A program made the position numbers and the translations under genes. From Candidatus Latescibacterota bacterium (GTDB lineage: Bacteria; Latescibacterota; UBA2968; GCA-2709665), in assembly GCA_965248435.1 (NCBI GenBank), contig OZ252100.1, positions 4,640,001 to 4,704,000 of the forward strand: a DNA stretch of 64,000 nt. Reading direction: 5' to 3'. Below the pieces are notes generated by a model. That model saw only the letters and a list, made by a program, of their open reading frames with translations, searched no databases and was not told the DNA's origin. This document shows positions 28,891 to 39,678 of this stretch, piece after piece; the stretch's first letter is position 1, and the number at the start of each line of letters is the position of its first letter.

Positions 28891-31800
28891 ATGCTCAGAA
28901 AATTGCTCTTTATCTCGGTGATCGGCCTGCCGAGCGCCACAGCCGCGGACACGCTGGGAGATATGGCCGACATCCAGACGGTGGCAGACTGGCTGATCGA
29001 CCAGCAGTACACCGATTCTGCTCACCCTGGCTACGGTGCTATCAAGATCCACCACGATCCTGGCCATATCGATACGGTGGCAGCCCAGAGCTACTGGCAC
29101 GTCGTGCCCTACTTCTCGAACCTGGCTGTGACCGGGCTGCTTCAGTCTCCGGTTTCTGACAAGCTGGAGGTGGCTGAGCGGTGGATCGACTGGTATTTAG
29201 ACCACCTCGACCCGAGTAGTACGCCTTCCGGCGTCGTCCTGGACCACTGGTACCTCAGCGACGGATCGGGAGAGACGACCTGTCCCACGGGGATCGATTC
29301 GCTCTTGTGCGACTATGACGACGCATCGGACAGCTACGCGGCAACCTTTCTCGGCGCGGCGCGCGTCTATTACGAGGAAGGCGGAAACACCGCCTTCCTG
29401 AATGCCGCTGGCAACAAAGAGAAGTTCGAGACGATCGCAGATCTGATTCTGGCTCTCCAAGAACCGGATGGGCTGACCTGGGCTAAGGATTCGTATCACG
29501 TCAAGTTCTTGATGGACAACAGCGAGGTCTACTGGGGGCTCAAATCGATGGCGGTGTTGGAGGCGGAGGTGTTCGGAGACCCTACTGCGGCCAAGACCTA
29601 CGATGTGGCGGCCGATTCGGTGCGGAGCGCTATTTTACAACTGCTCTACAATCCGGACAGCTCGCGCTACCGCACGGCAAAACTGAATGACGATAGCTTT
29701 CAGGAGGCCAATCTGGATGTCTGGTATCCTGGCCGAACCGACACGACCGGCTTTACCCTGCATCTGGTCTGGCCCCACCTCTTTGGGATTGAACCGGCCG
29801 GCTCTGCGAGGACGCTCTCACAGATGGCAGAATTGAACGCAAGCTGGGATGGATCACCCAACCCGGACTGGACGAGCGCGTTCGTAAAACCTCCACCGGA
29901 CGAATTCCCGTTTCACTCTGTCGGGCACGCCTCCTTGCTTGCGGGGGACGAGACTCGAGCGGTGAGTCACGCCGATTTTGTGAAAAGCGAGAAGTTCCCG
30001 ATTGTGGGTGACGACTTTGCGTGGCCCTTCACGGTCTACGATGCGGGCTGGCTTTTGCGGACCTGGAGTGCCTCACGTGAGCTTTCCCTGTCATCCAATG
30101 CGATCGATTTTGGAGATGTCGAGGTGGGACAGTCCGTCCAGCAGACGATCCAGATCAAGAATACGAACTTCCGGCTGTTTACCGTCTCTGGAGTATCCGA
30201 TGACTCAGATCAGTTCAGTTTTTCGCCCACGGTGCCCCCAGACCTCACCCTCTATGCCGGGGACAGCGCGGCGGCGACCGTGACTTTTGCACCGACCCTG
30301 GGAGGAGACAAGGAAGGGACGATCACGATCACACACGATGCGGAAGGTGGGACGACTCAGATTTTTCTTTTCGGCTCCGGGATCGATACAACGCCGCCCG
30401 CTGCTCCAACAGGTCTGACTGCCATACTGGGCAATCACCAGGTAGATCTGTCGTGGACGGTCAACACCGAACTGGACTACTCATACACGACCGTCTACCG
30501 GAGCGAGACCGAGTCGGCACTTGGGGACTCGGTGGCGAGGGTGGAAAAGCCGGATTCGACGTTCTCGGATACCGGCCTGGTCGCAGGGACCTACACCTAT
30601 CGGCTCAAGGCGGTGGACGGTACTGGCAATCCGAGCGAGGCGTCCAGCGAGCTGTCGGTCACGCTCGCTCAGGGCTACAGCCAGTCGACACAGTCCCTGT
30701 CATTTGGAGAGGTGGATGTCGCTTCATCGACGACTTTGACGTTCACCGTTTCCAACACAGGTCAGACCGATCTGACCGTATCGGATATGATGGTGGACGG
30801 GTCGGACGGAACGCATTTCACGGCGGGCCCGACCTCCTTTTCGATCCCTTCGGGTGGAGATTCGCAGGATGTGACCGTAACATTTACTCCGAGCGGATCG
30901 GGAGCCATCTCTGCCGTCCTTTCTGTCGTCCACGATGCAGAGGGAAGTCCTGCCGAGGTGTCGTTGAGCGGGACGGGCGTTCAGGCGGTGATCGAAGTCA
31001 CCCCAGCGCCGCTGGCGTTCGGAACGGTTGGGATAGGAGAAACGCTGGAACTGGACCTGTCCATCTCGAACGCGGGAAACAAGACGCTGCTCATCAACAC
31101 GGTCGCCATCGCGGGAACGGACGCCTCCGAGTTCCCCCTGGTCACCGTCCACGCGATCCCCTTTCTAGCCGTTCCGGCAAACGCGCACGGGTCGATTACC
31201 GTGCCGTTTGTGCCTGCGACGTTCGGGGCGAAGTCGGCGGTGCTGACCCTGACGCACAACCACACGCCGACCGGAACGACGACGGAGGTTTCCCTCACCG
31301 GAGAAGGGGCTGTGGTTACCAGCGTCCCTGAGATCACGTTCCTCCCATCGGTTCTGGATCTTGGGGATGGAGTAGGACCGGGAGATTCGGTGGAAGCGAC
31401 GCTGGTCGTTTCGAACCCTGGCGATCGGACCCTGGTTGTCTCAGGGGTCGGTTCCGTTTTTGGGGGTGAGTCGGTGGCTACAGTTACGCCCGACGCGTTC
31501 GAACTGGCGCCGGGAGACAGCATATCGCTCCTCGTTCGGTTCAGTCCGCACGCCCCGGGTGCGTATGCCGACGCGCTGATTTTCGAGACGAACATCGAGC
31601 TTGAGGATCCATCCGTTCCAAGGCCGACCGTTTCGCTCAGTGGGCTGGTGAACGGGCCGGACATTCAGGTGGTGCCTCAGCGTCTCACATTCGAGAGCCA
31701 GGGGATCGGCCTCCCTGACACGCAGCAGGTGGGGATTTCGAACGTTGGCAACGACACGCTGCGGATCGCCGGATTGACGCTGAGCGATTCGGTCCGCTTT

Positions 31801-33522
31801 CGCGCAAGTGCCGACACGTTGATTCTGCCCGAAGGCGAGACGCGCGAGTTGAACGTGGTCTACACGCCGGACAGCACCCGGGCGCGTGTGGAAACGCTGG
31901 AAATCGAGAGCGATGATTTTACCGAGGGGTTGCTCGTCGTCACTCTGGAGGCACTTGAGGTCCCAAAAGACATCGGTGCCGCCCGCTTGAGCCTGGACCG
32001 GGCAGATTCGCTTGGGGATCCACAACCAGGGGATACGATCTCGGTGACGCTGGTGCTGAAGCCGAACGGGGATGTCTTAGCAGGGGTGGACGTCTTTTTC
32101 GGTTTTGACACCGCGCGCCTGGCGCCCGTATCGCCCGATTCTCCGTTCGTGGCTGCGGGCCACACAGAGGGGGGATCGTTTCTTGTGAATCGGGTCCTGG
32201 AGGATACTGCGGACAGCAGTCGGACCGTGGTCTTCTTCTCCGTCTTTCTACAGGCCAACATCACGGCAGAGGGGGCACTCGCCCGGCTCGACCTCGTGGT
32301 TCTGGATCTTCCCGGCGGGCAGACCGTTCTGCGCTCGCTGAACGAACTGCCGCTTCGCAACAGTCAATACATCACAGCATCGCTGGGAACATTTACGCTT
32401 CCTGCAGAGAACCATCTGGAGCTCACGGGCAACGCGCCTCCGGTGGTGAGGCCGTTTGCGACACAGATGACTCCGGAGGATACCCCGGCGACCGTCGTGC
32501 TCGGGGGGATGGCCTCGGACAGAGAATCGCCGGACACAGCACTTGCCTGGACCTTCTTCGATCCGGACAGTTTGATCCAGACTGTTCCGCTCACACAAGA
32601 TCCCGGGGTCATCGTCTTTTTCCCGCCTGAGGATGGCAACGGCGTCTACCTGGTGACCGCGGTGGTGAGCGATCCGGAGGGGGCCAGCGACACGACGGTG
32701 GTCGTGTTGGAAGTGACACCGGCCAACGATCCTCCCGATATGCCGGTGTATGAGACGCCGGCCGACGGTGCTGCAGACCTGACGGCACCGATCACCTTCC
32801 GGTGGCAGCTGCACGATCGGGATCGGGATGACACCCTGACGGCCGATTTGCTCGTCGGTATCGATGCGAACGATTTCTCGATTCAGCGGGCCGATCTGAC
32901 AGCGAATTCTGACACCGTGACGGTCCCAGCCGAAAACACGACCTATTTCTGGCAGGTCGTGGCGCGGGATGCAGCGGGCGCGGAGACGAAAGGTCCGGTC
33001 TGGGAATTCACGACCACACCCGATCTTACCCCGCCGGAGGTCGAGTTCGTCGAACTGTCGGGTGAGCCCACCGACTTCTCCGCTTTGATCGTTTGGCGCG
33101 TGAGCGAGTTCGTTACTGCATTGGTGAGGTACGGTCTCGCGTCCGGGTTTTCGGACTCGGCTGGCGTAGAAACTCTTGAGTTGGAGGGGTTTGAGAAGGA
33201 AGGTCAGGCCATACTGACCGGTTTAGGACCAGGAACCGAGTATGCCTACCAGATGGTGTTCGCGGATGGGAGCGGCAATGAAGCGTTGAGTGACGTCCAG
33301 CTATTCATAACGGTCGCGAGACCAGTAGAGGATGAGGGCGATCTGGACGGAGACCGACAGGTGACGTTTTTCGACTTCGTGCAGTTCGGTGTGGCGTTCA
33401 ACAGCAAACGGGGAGAGGAAAGATTTGACGAGAGCGCCGACCTGAACGGTGACGGGGAAGTCGGCTTTCTGGACTTCATCATTCTTGCGGCGAGATTCGG
33501 GAATGACTACAGAGGTACATAG
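28891..33522 (+). CDS. Large secreted modular protein: helical glycosidase-like domain, choice-of-anchor D Ig repeats, FN3, cohesin-like, cadherin-like and EF-hand/dockerin-like tail
   Basis: Signal peptide; repeated FG-V...SNTG/SNAG...L-V; DTTPPAAPTGL; DLDGDRQVTFFDF...DLNGDGEVGFLDF; start could be GTG 28879. Confidence 0.8.
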   Translation: MLRKLLFISVIGLPSATAADTLGDMADIQTVADWLIDQQYTDSAHPGYGAIKIHHDPGHIDTVAAQSYWHVVPYFSNLAVTGLLQSPVSDKLEVAERWIDWYLDHLDPSSTPSGVVLDHWYLSDGSGETTCPTGIDSLLCDYDDASDSYAATFLGAARVYYEEGGNTAFLNAAGNKEKFETIADLILALQEPDGLTWAKDSYHVKFLMDNSEVYWGLKSMAVLEAEVFGDPTAAKTYDVAADSVRSAILQLLYNPDSSRYRTAKLNDDSFQEANLDVWYPGRTDTTGFTLHLVWPHLFGIEPAGSARTLSQMAELNASWDGSPNPDWTSAFVKPPPDEFPFHSVGHASLLAGDETRAVSHADFVKSEKFPIVGDDFAWPFTVYDAGWLLRTWSASRELSLSSNAIDFGDVEVGQSVQQTIQIKNTNFRLFTVSGVSDDSDQFSFSPTVPPDLTLYAGDSAAATVTFAPTLGGDKEGTITITHDAEGGTTQIFLFGSGIDTTPPAAPTGLTAILGNHQVDLSWTVNTELDYSYTTVYRSETESALGDSVARVEKPDSTFSDTGLVAGTYTYRLKAVDGTGNPSEASSELSVTLAQGYSQSTQSLSFGEVDVASSTTLTFTVSNTGQTDLTVSDMMVDGSDGTHFTAGPTSFSIPSGGDSQDVTVTFTPSGSGAISAVLSVVHDAEGSPAEVSLSGTGVQAVIEVTPAPLAFGTVGIGETLELDLSISNAGNKTLLINTVAIAGTDASEFPLVTVHAIPFLAVPANAHGSITVPFVPATFGAKSAVLTLTHNHTPTGTTTEVSLTGEGAVVTSVPEITFLPSVLDLGDGVGPGDSVEATLVVSNPGDRTLVVSGVGSVFGGESVATVTPDAFELAPGDSISLLVRFSPHAPGAYADALIFETNIELEDPSVPRPTVSLSGLVNGPDIQVVPQRLTFESQGIGLPDTQQVGISNVGNDTLRIAGLTLSDSVRFRASADTLILPEGETRELNVVYTPDSTRARVETLEIESDDFTEGLLVVTLEALEVPKDIGAARLSLDRADSLGDPQPGDTISVTLVLKPNGDVLAGVDVFFGFDTARLAPVSPDSPFVAAGHTEGGSFLVNRVLEDTADSSRTVVFFSVFLQANITAEGALARLDLVVLDLPGGQTVLRSLNELPLRNSQYITASLGTFTLPAENHLELTGNAPPVVRPFATQMTPEDTPATVVLGGMASDRESPDTALAWTFFDPDSLIQTVPLTQDPGVIVFFPPEDGNGVYLVTAVVSDPEGASDTTVVVLEVTPANDPPDMPVYETPADGAADLTAPITFRWQLHDRDRDDTLTADLLVGIDANDFSIQRADLTANSDTVTVPAENTTYFWQVVARDAAGAETKGPVWEFTTTPDLTPPEVEFVELSGEPTDFSALIVWRVSEFVTALVRYGLASGFSDSAGVETLELEGFEKEGQAILTGLGPGTEYAYQMVFADGSGNEALSDVQLFITVARPVEDEGDLDGDRQVTFFDFVQFGVAFNSKRGEERFDESADLNGDGEVGFLDFIILAARFGNDYRGT

Positions 33523-33548
33523 GTACGTGAATCGTGAGGACCGGGTAT

Positions 33549-33760
33549 CGGGAGAGCAAAACACGGGTACCGGGAGAGCAAAATACGGGGACCGTAAGTC
33601 AATTGCGGATTGCGGATTTGGGATTGCGGATTGAGAGGCAGAGGCCTGCATAGGAAGTTCCGCGATTTCTGGAGTATTGCAGTAATGGAGTGATGGAGTA
33701 TTGCAAACCTGTCTTTCCATTACTCCATTACTCCATTATTCCAACACCCCACTACTCCAG
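33549..33760. repeat. Cluster of short tandem repeats (21-mer, heptamer and octamer)
   Basis: CGGGAGAGCAAAA x2; TTGCGGA runs; TGGAGTA(A/T) with complementary TACTCCAT runs. Confidence 0.75.
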
Positions 33761-33798
33761 CAGTCGCGCCTTTTCCTCGTACCCACGAACAACGGCCT

Positions 33799-34164
33799 TC
33801 AACCTCCTGAAACTTTCGCATTGTAGCCCTCCTTCCGTAGCAGTTCAACAACCGTCTCCCGGTGGTCGCCCTGAATTTCGATCACGCCTTCCTTAACCGT
33901 ACCGCCACTTCCGCACTTCTGCTTGAGCCGTTTCGCGAGCTCCCTGAGTCCTTCCTTGTCGAGTGATACCCCGGAGATCACGGTTACCGCTTTTCCCCTG
34001 CGTCCCTTCGTTTCCCTCCTGACGACCACTGTCCCGCCCGCATTAGGAATCGCCTTTTTCTTCCCGCACTCACACGCTGCAACCGGTTTGCCACAGGTGG
34101 GGCACATCTTGCCGTGCGCTGTAGAGTAGACGAGATCGCTTTGGTTGTCTTTTCTTTCGGCCAT
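33799..34164 (-). CDS. yciH: Translation initiation factor SUI1 family
   Basis: LVYST, ETKGRRGKAVTVI, LKQKCGSGGTVK, IEIQGD. Confidence 0.93.
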   Translation of the reverse strand: MAERKDNQSDLVYSTAHGKMCPTCGKPVAACECGKKKAIPNAGGTVVVRRETKGRRGKAVTVISGVSLDKEGLRELAKRLKQKCGSGGTVKEGVIEIQGDHRETVVELLRKEGYNAKVSGG

Positions 34165-34194
34165 TTGAAAATTCCTGTCGGCTGACAACTGGAA

Positions 34195-35517
34195 TCAGGA
34201 AAGGAACTTAAGATAACGTTCCTTCATCGTATCAAGGTCGCGGACGATAGCGGCTCTCTCTGAAGACATCCTATTCAGGTAATATCTTCGTCTTCGCGGC
34301 AGCACCAAGCCCTGCCATAGAGGCCATTGCTGCAGGATATGCTCGTCGAAGAGGAGGGTGATGAGGCCGCTGAGCGGCCACGTGATCGCATAAAGGAAGG
34401 CAGTGCGGAAGTCCCTGAGCAGATATGCCGTTCCCCCCAGGACCAGGTAATAGAGCAGGAAAACGAATACGCCTGCCACAATCTTGACGGTTCCGATCGT
34501 TTCAGGTTCGTCCCTGTAGGGCCGGACGAAGAGCCGCGGGAGGTAGTAGGGCAGGGCGTTGTGGATGAACCCGTAAAGCACCACCGGTAGGAAAATGAGC
34601 GCGAGAAGCAGATGTCCGATCGGCGGGGTTGACTCCGGTGGGGCACCGATTCGGAGGCGACGGAGTTTACGGTGATGTGCGCGCAGGCTCCTGGCAAAGG
34701 TCTGGACAACCTCGGGATCCGAGTCGGCAAAGTGTTGAACCGCACGGATGATCTCCTGCCTGGCCCGGAGTCCATTGCTGAGGTCAGCCGAGTCGGGGAG
34801 TTCAGCGGCCAGGTTTTCGGTGTAAATCTCGGACAGATCCCGGATGACCGTTTCCAGGTCGGGATCGTCGATGTGGAGGGTCAGGCCAGCGAGGCGCTCG
34901 TGGATGAGCGCGGTCAATTCTCGCTCCGCGGCATTACGGTCTTTGAGGTACGCTACTAAAAAGCCGCGTACTTCGATTGCCTCGCCGAAATGGACGGATA
35001 CGTCACTCCGGAAGAGTCCGGGGTCTGAATAGGTCAGGCCGACCGGGATGATATTAACTCCCCGAGGGGTATCGGATTCCGCTTCGCTCCTGAGCGCGAT
35101 CCGTGCGGCCCCCGGCTTCAGTTCCTTCACCCTGAGTTCCGCGTGGCTGAGGCCTTCGGGGAACAGCGCAAGAGAACGCCCTTCCCTGAGGGTGTTGCAG
35201 GCGGCGCTCAGCATGGCTCGATTGCTGGAGATCCTAGAGCCTTCATCTCGCTTTCGTGCGACGGCAATCACGCCGAGTTGGCCCAAAAACCAGGCAAAAA
35301 AGCGGCGTTTGAACAGCGCAGATTTCCCGAGGAAACGGGGTGTGATGCCAGGAGCGTATCTTCCGAGAACAAGGGTATCGAGCATCTCGTTGGGATGGTT
35401 GGCCACAAAGACGAGTGGTCGATCCACTGGTACCCGGTCGTGGCCTCTGACGTCTATTCTGCGGAAGAAGATCCAAAGGGCGAGCATCACGATGGGGCGA
35501 AGAATGTGTAGCAGCAT
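34195..35517 (-). CDS. Lysophospholipid acyltransferase family protein
   Basis: NHPNEMLD, LFPEG, IPVGL. Confidence 0.9.
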   Translation of the reverse strand: MLLHILRPIVMLALWIFFRRIDVRGHDRVPVDRPLVFVANHPNEMLDTLVLGRYAPGITPRFLGKSALFKRRFFAWFLGQLGVIAVARKRDEGSRISSNRAMLSAACNTLREGRSLALFPEGLSHAELRVKELKPGAARIALRSEAESDTPRGVNIIPVGLTYSDPGLFRSDVSVHFGEAIEVRGFLVAYLKDRNAAERELTALIHERLAGLTLHIDDPDLETVIRDLSEIYTENLAAELPDSADLSNGLRARQEIIRAVQHFADSDPEVVQTFARSLRAHHRKLRRLRIGAPPESTPPIGHLLLALIFLPVVLYGFIHNALPYYLPRLFVRPYRDEPETIGTVKIVAGVFVFLLYYLVLGGTAYLLRDFRTAFLYAITWPLSGLITLLFDEHILQQWPLWQGLVLPRRRRYYLNRMSSERAAIVRDLDTMKERYLKFLS

Positions 35518-35534
35518 GGTTTTCCCGAACACAC

Positions 35535-36767
35535 CTATTCGACAAAAGATTTCCGACCTCTGACGCGCTGTAGCAACAGGAGACCGACCAGGAAGAATAC
35601 GGCGACCGACAGGATTGCGGCCCGCTGGTTGAACGCGTGTGAGATCTCACCGAAGACAATCGGGCCGATTACGGAAGATGACTTTCCACAGAACGCATAG
35701 AAACCGAACATCTCGGCCTCTTTTCCTTCCGGTATCAACCCTGACATAAACGCGCGACTGGCCGCCTGTACGGTGCCGAGTCCCGTACCGGCCAACACAG
35801 CGATCACGAAGAACAGGGTTTTGGATTCGACGAAGTAGGCCATGATGACAATCGCGGTCCACAAGGTGAGGGTCAGTGTAAGGACCTTCTTCGGACCCCA
35901 GATATCGGTCGGTCGGGCCAACGCAAGTGAGCCGACCAATGCCGATAACTGGACCACGAGGAAGAGATAGATCAATTCCGGCTGGGAAAAGCCCAGGGTT
36001 GTGGCGGCGAAGATCGCCGCGAAGTAGATCGTCGTATTCACTCCGTCGATGTAGACAAAGAAGGCAACAAGAAAACGGCGCATCTCGCGTAACCCCCAGA
36101 CATCACCCACAAGACGTCTGAATCCGGTGATTCCTTCGATCGCGGCCTGCAGAAGGGTCCGGTCTCCGCGTTTGTCTGCGGGGAGACTGAAGAAAGTGGG
36201 CAGCGAAAAGAGTGCGAAGAAGCCGGCAACGGAAAGCCAGGTGAGATCGAATCGCCCACTGGTGGCGAGGGGAAGGGCGATGAGCAGGCCGACGGCCGAG
36301 CCGGCATAGCCGACACCGAAACCGATTCCTGAAACGAAGCCCTGGCGCTCGGGGGGCGCGATGTCTGGCAGATATGCATTGTAATAGACCAGCCCACCCT
36401 CGAACCCGATGTTGGCAACCAGGGCGAGCACCCACGCCAACATAATCATGCCCGGCTGGATCGTTGTGAAAAGAGCCACACTTACCACACAGATGGCAGT
36501 GTAGAGAAGAAGCATCTTCTTCCGGATTCCCGCGCGATCGGCAACTGAGCCAAGCACCGGCGACGAAAGCGCCACGAACAGCATCGAGACCGAGAGGACA
36601 CGCCCCCACCACAAATCGCCGAGCCCGGTTTCGTTGCCGACGATCTGTGTGGTGAAATAGACACTGAACACCGTAGCCGTGATGACTGCAGGATAGACGG
36701 AGTTGGCAAAGTCGTAGAGGGCCCATCCAGCTATTGTTCTCCTGTCGTTTTTCAAGGTCGTCTCCAC
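35535..36767 (-). CDS. MFS transporter (UMF1/Atg22-like)
   Basis: WALYDFANS, YNAYLPDIA, GVGYAG, QAASRA, EMFGFY. Confidence 0.92.
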   Translation of the reverse strand: METTLKNDRRTIAGWALYDFANSVYPAVITATVFSVYFTTQIVGNETGLGDLWWGRVLSVSMLFVALSSPVLGSVADRAGIRKKMLLLYTAICVVSVALFTTIQPGMIMLAWVLALVANIGFEGGLVYYNAYLPDIAPPERQGFVSGIGFGVGYAGSAVGLLIALPLATSGRFDLTWLSVAGFFALFSLPTFFSLPADKRGDRTLLQAAIEGITGFRRLVGDVWGLREMRRFLVAFFVYIDGVNTTIYFAAIFAATTLGFSQPELIYLFLVVQLSALVGSLALARPTDIWGPKKVLTLTLTLWTAIVIMAYFVESKTLFFVIAVLAGTGLGTVQAASRAFMSGLIPEGKEAEMFGFYAFCGKSSSVIGPIVFGEISHAFNQRAAILSVAVFFLVGLLLLQRVRGRKSFVE

Positions 36768-36866
36768 GTTTATCCCCTAGTCTCGTCCAGCGAAGTTGAG
36801 GTGTTTTTTGCCCAATGCGTAGCTATTCAATCTATGAATCAACGGCTCTTTGATTGACTGCATTGT

Positions 36867-37946
36867 CTATGAGTTGCATAACTGTGCCAGGATCTTTGAA
36901 ACCAAGGAAACGTCGTTCAGTAGATCACCATGCTTTCGTGCCGTTTTATGGATCACATACGGCACACCTTTAGGCGGTAGCGCGCTTGCCAAAGGCACAC
37001 GACCGTCCCCGGGTTCTCTCCGACCTTCCCTAAAATTCCATCCTCTTACTGCACGTTGACCGCCTTTGACAACAACTGAGGGCGTTTGGTGAGTGTCACC
37101 CGCCAGCACAGCAAATGGGGGATACTCAAACGAATCTTCCTCGCTGCAGACCTGGGACCTGAACTCCTGCGCGCGCGCAAGTGCGTTGCGGAGGTGAACT
37201 CGCTGCGCGTCGCTGACATCAGCCCTTTCGAGTGTCGCGAAAATTCCGAGCTTGCGACGCTCCCAGTCCTCTGCCGAGTACCAATCATGTGGAATGGGTT
37301 TGCCTTGTTGGTCCCAAAGAGCCGATTCGTACTCATCCATAGGGAAGAAGCAGTACAGCGACACGAACGTAAACAGGACTTGTGGGCTCAGGATTCGTCT
37401 GTTCAGTCCCGTGGACATGCCCGCATGCATATCTTCCAGGAAGCTAATCATGGGTCCGAATGGGACACCCGCGAAGAGCGCACTGTGAACCAGGTCTGGA
37501 CGACGCTTGAGGCCCACGAAGCTGATAAGGCCACCCATGCTGTGGCCCACAATCTGGATCTTCGCACCTTCGTGCTGCCGACTTACTGTTTCCAGAAACT
37601 CAACGAACCTGTGGGTATTCTCTAGGTTATCTCGACGCCAGTCGTATAGGAAAGGATGAAAGGACCGTCCAGATGCCATCGCCCAATTCAGAAAAGGGGC
37701 GTAGATGTCTTTTGTTAGCACGTTTCTGAGCGGTGCTATTGGCGCAAGTTCATCACGCTGCTGGACATCGCTTTCCCAATGTAGCGGCAAGCTCAAGTCG
37801 CGAGTCGTGAGTCCCAGCGCCTGCAACCAGGTCAACCAGAAACACCGACCTTTGGGGTCGGATAGGCTGCTCCCCTTGATCCCGTGGACAAAGACCAAAG
37901 GGGGAAATCCCTCGCAAGGCGAAGTGGATTCTTGATCGAAAGGCAT
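36867..37946 (-). CDS. Alpha/beta hydrolase (LCAT/lipase-like)
   Basis: FVHGIKGS, YDWR, GHSMGG, GDGRVP, H-LL. Confidence 0.88.
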   Translation of the reverse strand: MPFDQESTSPCEGFPPLVFVHGIKGSSLSDPKGRCFWLTWLQALGLTTRDLSLPLHWESDVQQRDELAPIAPLRNVLTKDIYAPFLNWAMASGRSFHPFLYDWRRDNLENTHRFVEFLETVSRQHEGAKIQIVGHSMGGLISFVGLKRRPDLVHSALFAGVPFGPMISFLEDMHAGMSTGLNRRILSPQVLFTFVSLYCFFPMDEYESALWDQQGKPIPHDWYSAEDWERRKLGIFATLERADVSDAQRVHLRNALARAQEFRSQVCSEEDSFEYPPFAVLAGDTHQTPSVVVKGGQRAVRGWNFREGRREPGDGRVPLASALPPKGVPYVIHKTARKHGDLLNDVSLVSKILAQLCNS

Positions 37947-38031
37947 GCGAAGACCCTTGGATAGACCAGGAGGCCTCTACGGGTGATGGCGCAATATCGG
38001 TACTTCTGTATTGACGATCGTCGTAAAACGT

Positions 38032-38361
38032 TCACCACACGTCTATGAAGAACTCGTTAAATCCAGTGTCACACGCTTCTTGGGTCTCGAAAAACCTGTC
38101 GGGAGCCACGGAGTCCGGTTCCCACACCGTGCTACATTCGTTTAGAAGAACCTCTGAATTTAATATTTCCTCGGAGTGCGAATAGGAGTGAGTTCGAAAG
38201 GCTCTCAGAGGGGTTTCCGACGCTTGACGTCTATGCTTCACGTCCCGGAACCTAACGACTGTATCATATAGCACTCCTACAGCGACAACAATAGCAATGA
38301 GGGTTATCATGACCACCCCGCCAAGCAGAAACCAGAAGAATGGAGCACTCTGATCGATCAT
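38032..38361 (-). CDS. Hypothetical membrane-anchored protein
   Basis: GAGG RBS; N-terminal TM helix; co-oriented within operon. Confidence 0.45.
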   Translation of the reverse strand: MIDQSAPFFWFLLGGVVMITLIAIVVAVGVLYDTVVRFRDVKHRRQASETPLRAFRTHSYSHSEEILNSEVLLNECSTVWEPDSVAPDRFFETQEACDTGFNEFFIDVW

Positions 38362-38405
38362 AGCTTGACCTCGATGGGGCCGTTGCCCTGGCGGGACGCG
38401 TCCGG

Positions 38406-39631
38406 CTACTGTTGGAACATACTGGTGTTTCGTGTCACATGCTCCGCGATCGTCCGAAACACTGCGATGGATTCGAGTTCCTTTTCATCACCATCTTCAT
38501 TGTAGCGCGGGTACGCAGAGCTCTTGGCGATCACGACTCTGTGCCTGGGGTGAACGTATATGAACTGATTGTAGATGCCGATCGCCAAAAAATCACCGTC
38601 TTGTGGAATCCACCATTGATAACCATATCCGAGCACCGAATCGGAGGCTGGGTTATCACCCGGCTGCAAGTGAGGTGCGCCCGGCGTCACGGATGCCTGG
38701 ACCCATTCAGCCGGGATGATCTGTTCTCCGTTCCAAACACCCTTGTTCATGAATAGCATACCTAAACGGGCATAGTCTCTGAGTACGCAATTCAGGCCCC
38801 CGAAGGCGAGCTCCATTCCTCTGCCATCGACCAACCAGGAAGCATCCGCCTCCATTCCTATCTTCTGCCAAATCTTTGTCTCCAGATAGGATGAAACCGT
38901 TTGCCCGGTCGTCTCTCGAAGCACCATCCCCAGAACCTGTGTATCCATGCTTACGTATTGGTTATACGTTCCCGGTGTGCGCTCCCGCTTCAGGGATGAA
39001 ACGAATTCGTCCAGCGACGTGTTCAGGGCAATCGCCCGTCCCATCCGGTTAATATCAGAGAAAAAGTCTGCGTAGTCCTCGTCGAACCGGACGCCCGACG
39101 ACATCTGGAGGGCATCCTTTATCGACACACCATCATACCCCGTGTCCCTCAGAAGCGGAACGTAATCGGTTACGGGCTGTTCAATGCTGGCTATCCACCC
39201 TTCATTGACCGCAATGCCAACCAGAGCCGATACGAATGACTTCGCGAGTGACCAGGAAATTGTCTTGGAAGTTTCGGTATTGCCCCGATCATACTTCTCG
39301 AAAACGATTTTGCCATCCCTGAGCACGACCAGTCCGGTGGTCCAGGTTTCATCGAGAAATTCAGCTAGGGACCTGATCTCTCCTTTGTATTCGTAGGTCA
39401 ATGGCAAATCAGTCAACTCACGTTCGAACCTGTGTACAACCCGACCTCTACGAATCGGCACCGCGTCAAACATCGCCTCCATCGAGCGAAAGTTGGCCAC
39501 GACTTTATCCGGCTCAACAGAGTAATCACGTTGTAAGTCCGAACGATTCTCTTATGAAAGAGACCGAAGAGAATGATCACCGGAACCAGAAGAATCAGAC
39601 CGACTTTCAGAATCCGGTAGAGATAACGCAT
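38406..39631 (-). pseudogene. Beta-lactamase-like serine hydrolase with a 1-bp frameshift near 39516
   Basis: SWSLAKS, YVSMDT, AIGIYNQ; membrane-anchor N-terminus (ATG 39631) rejoins if one T is restored (ITLF-EPDKVVANF). Confidence 0.8.
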
Positions 39632-39678
39632 GGTCTTTTCCTGAAGTGTGTTACAAACGGTCCGGCCTCTGGTGTGAA

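Noticed and set aside
33549-33760. Possible CRISPR array
   Set aside because: Units are 7-21 bp tandem repeats without unique spacers, and there are no cas genes.
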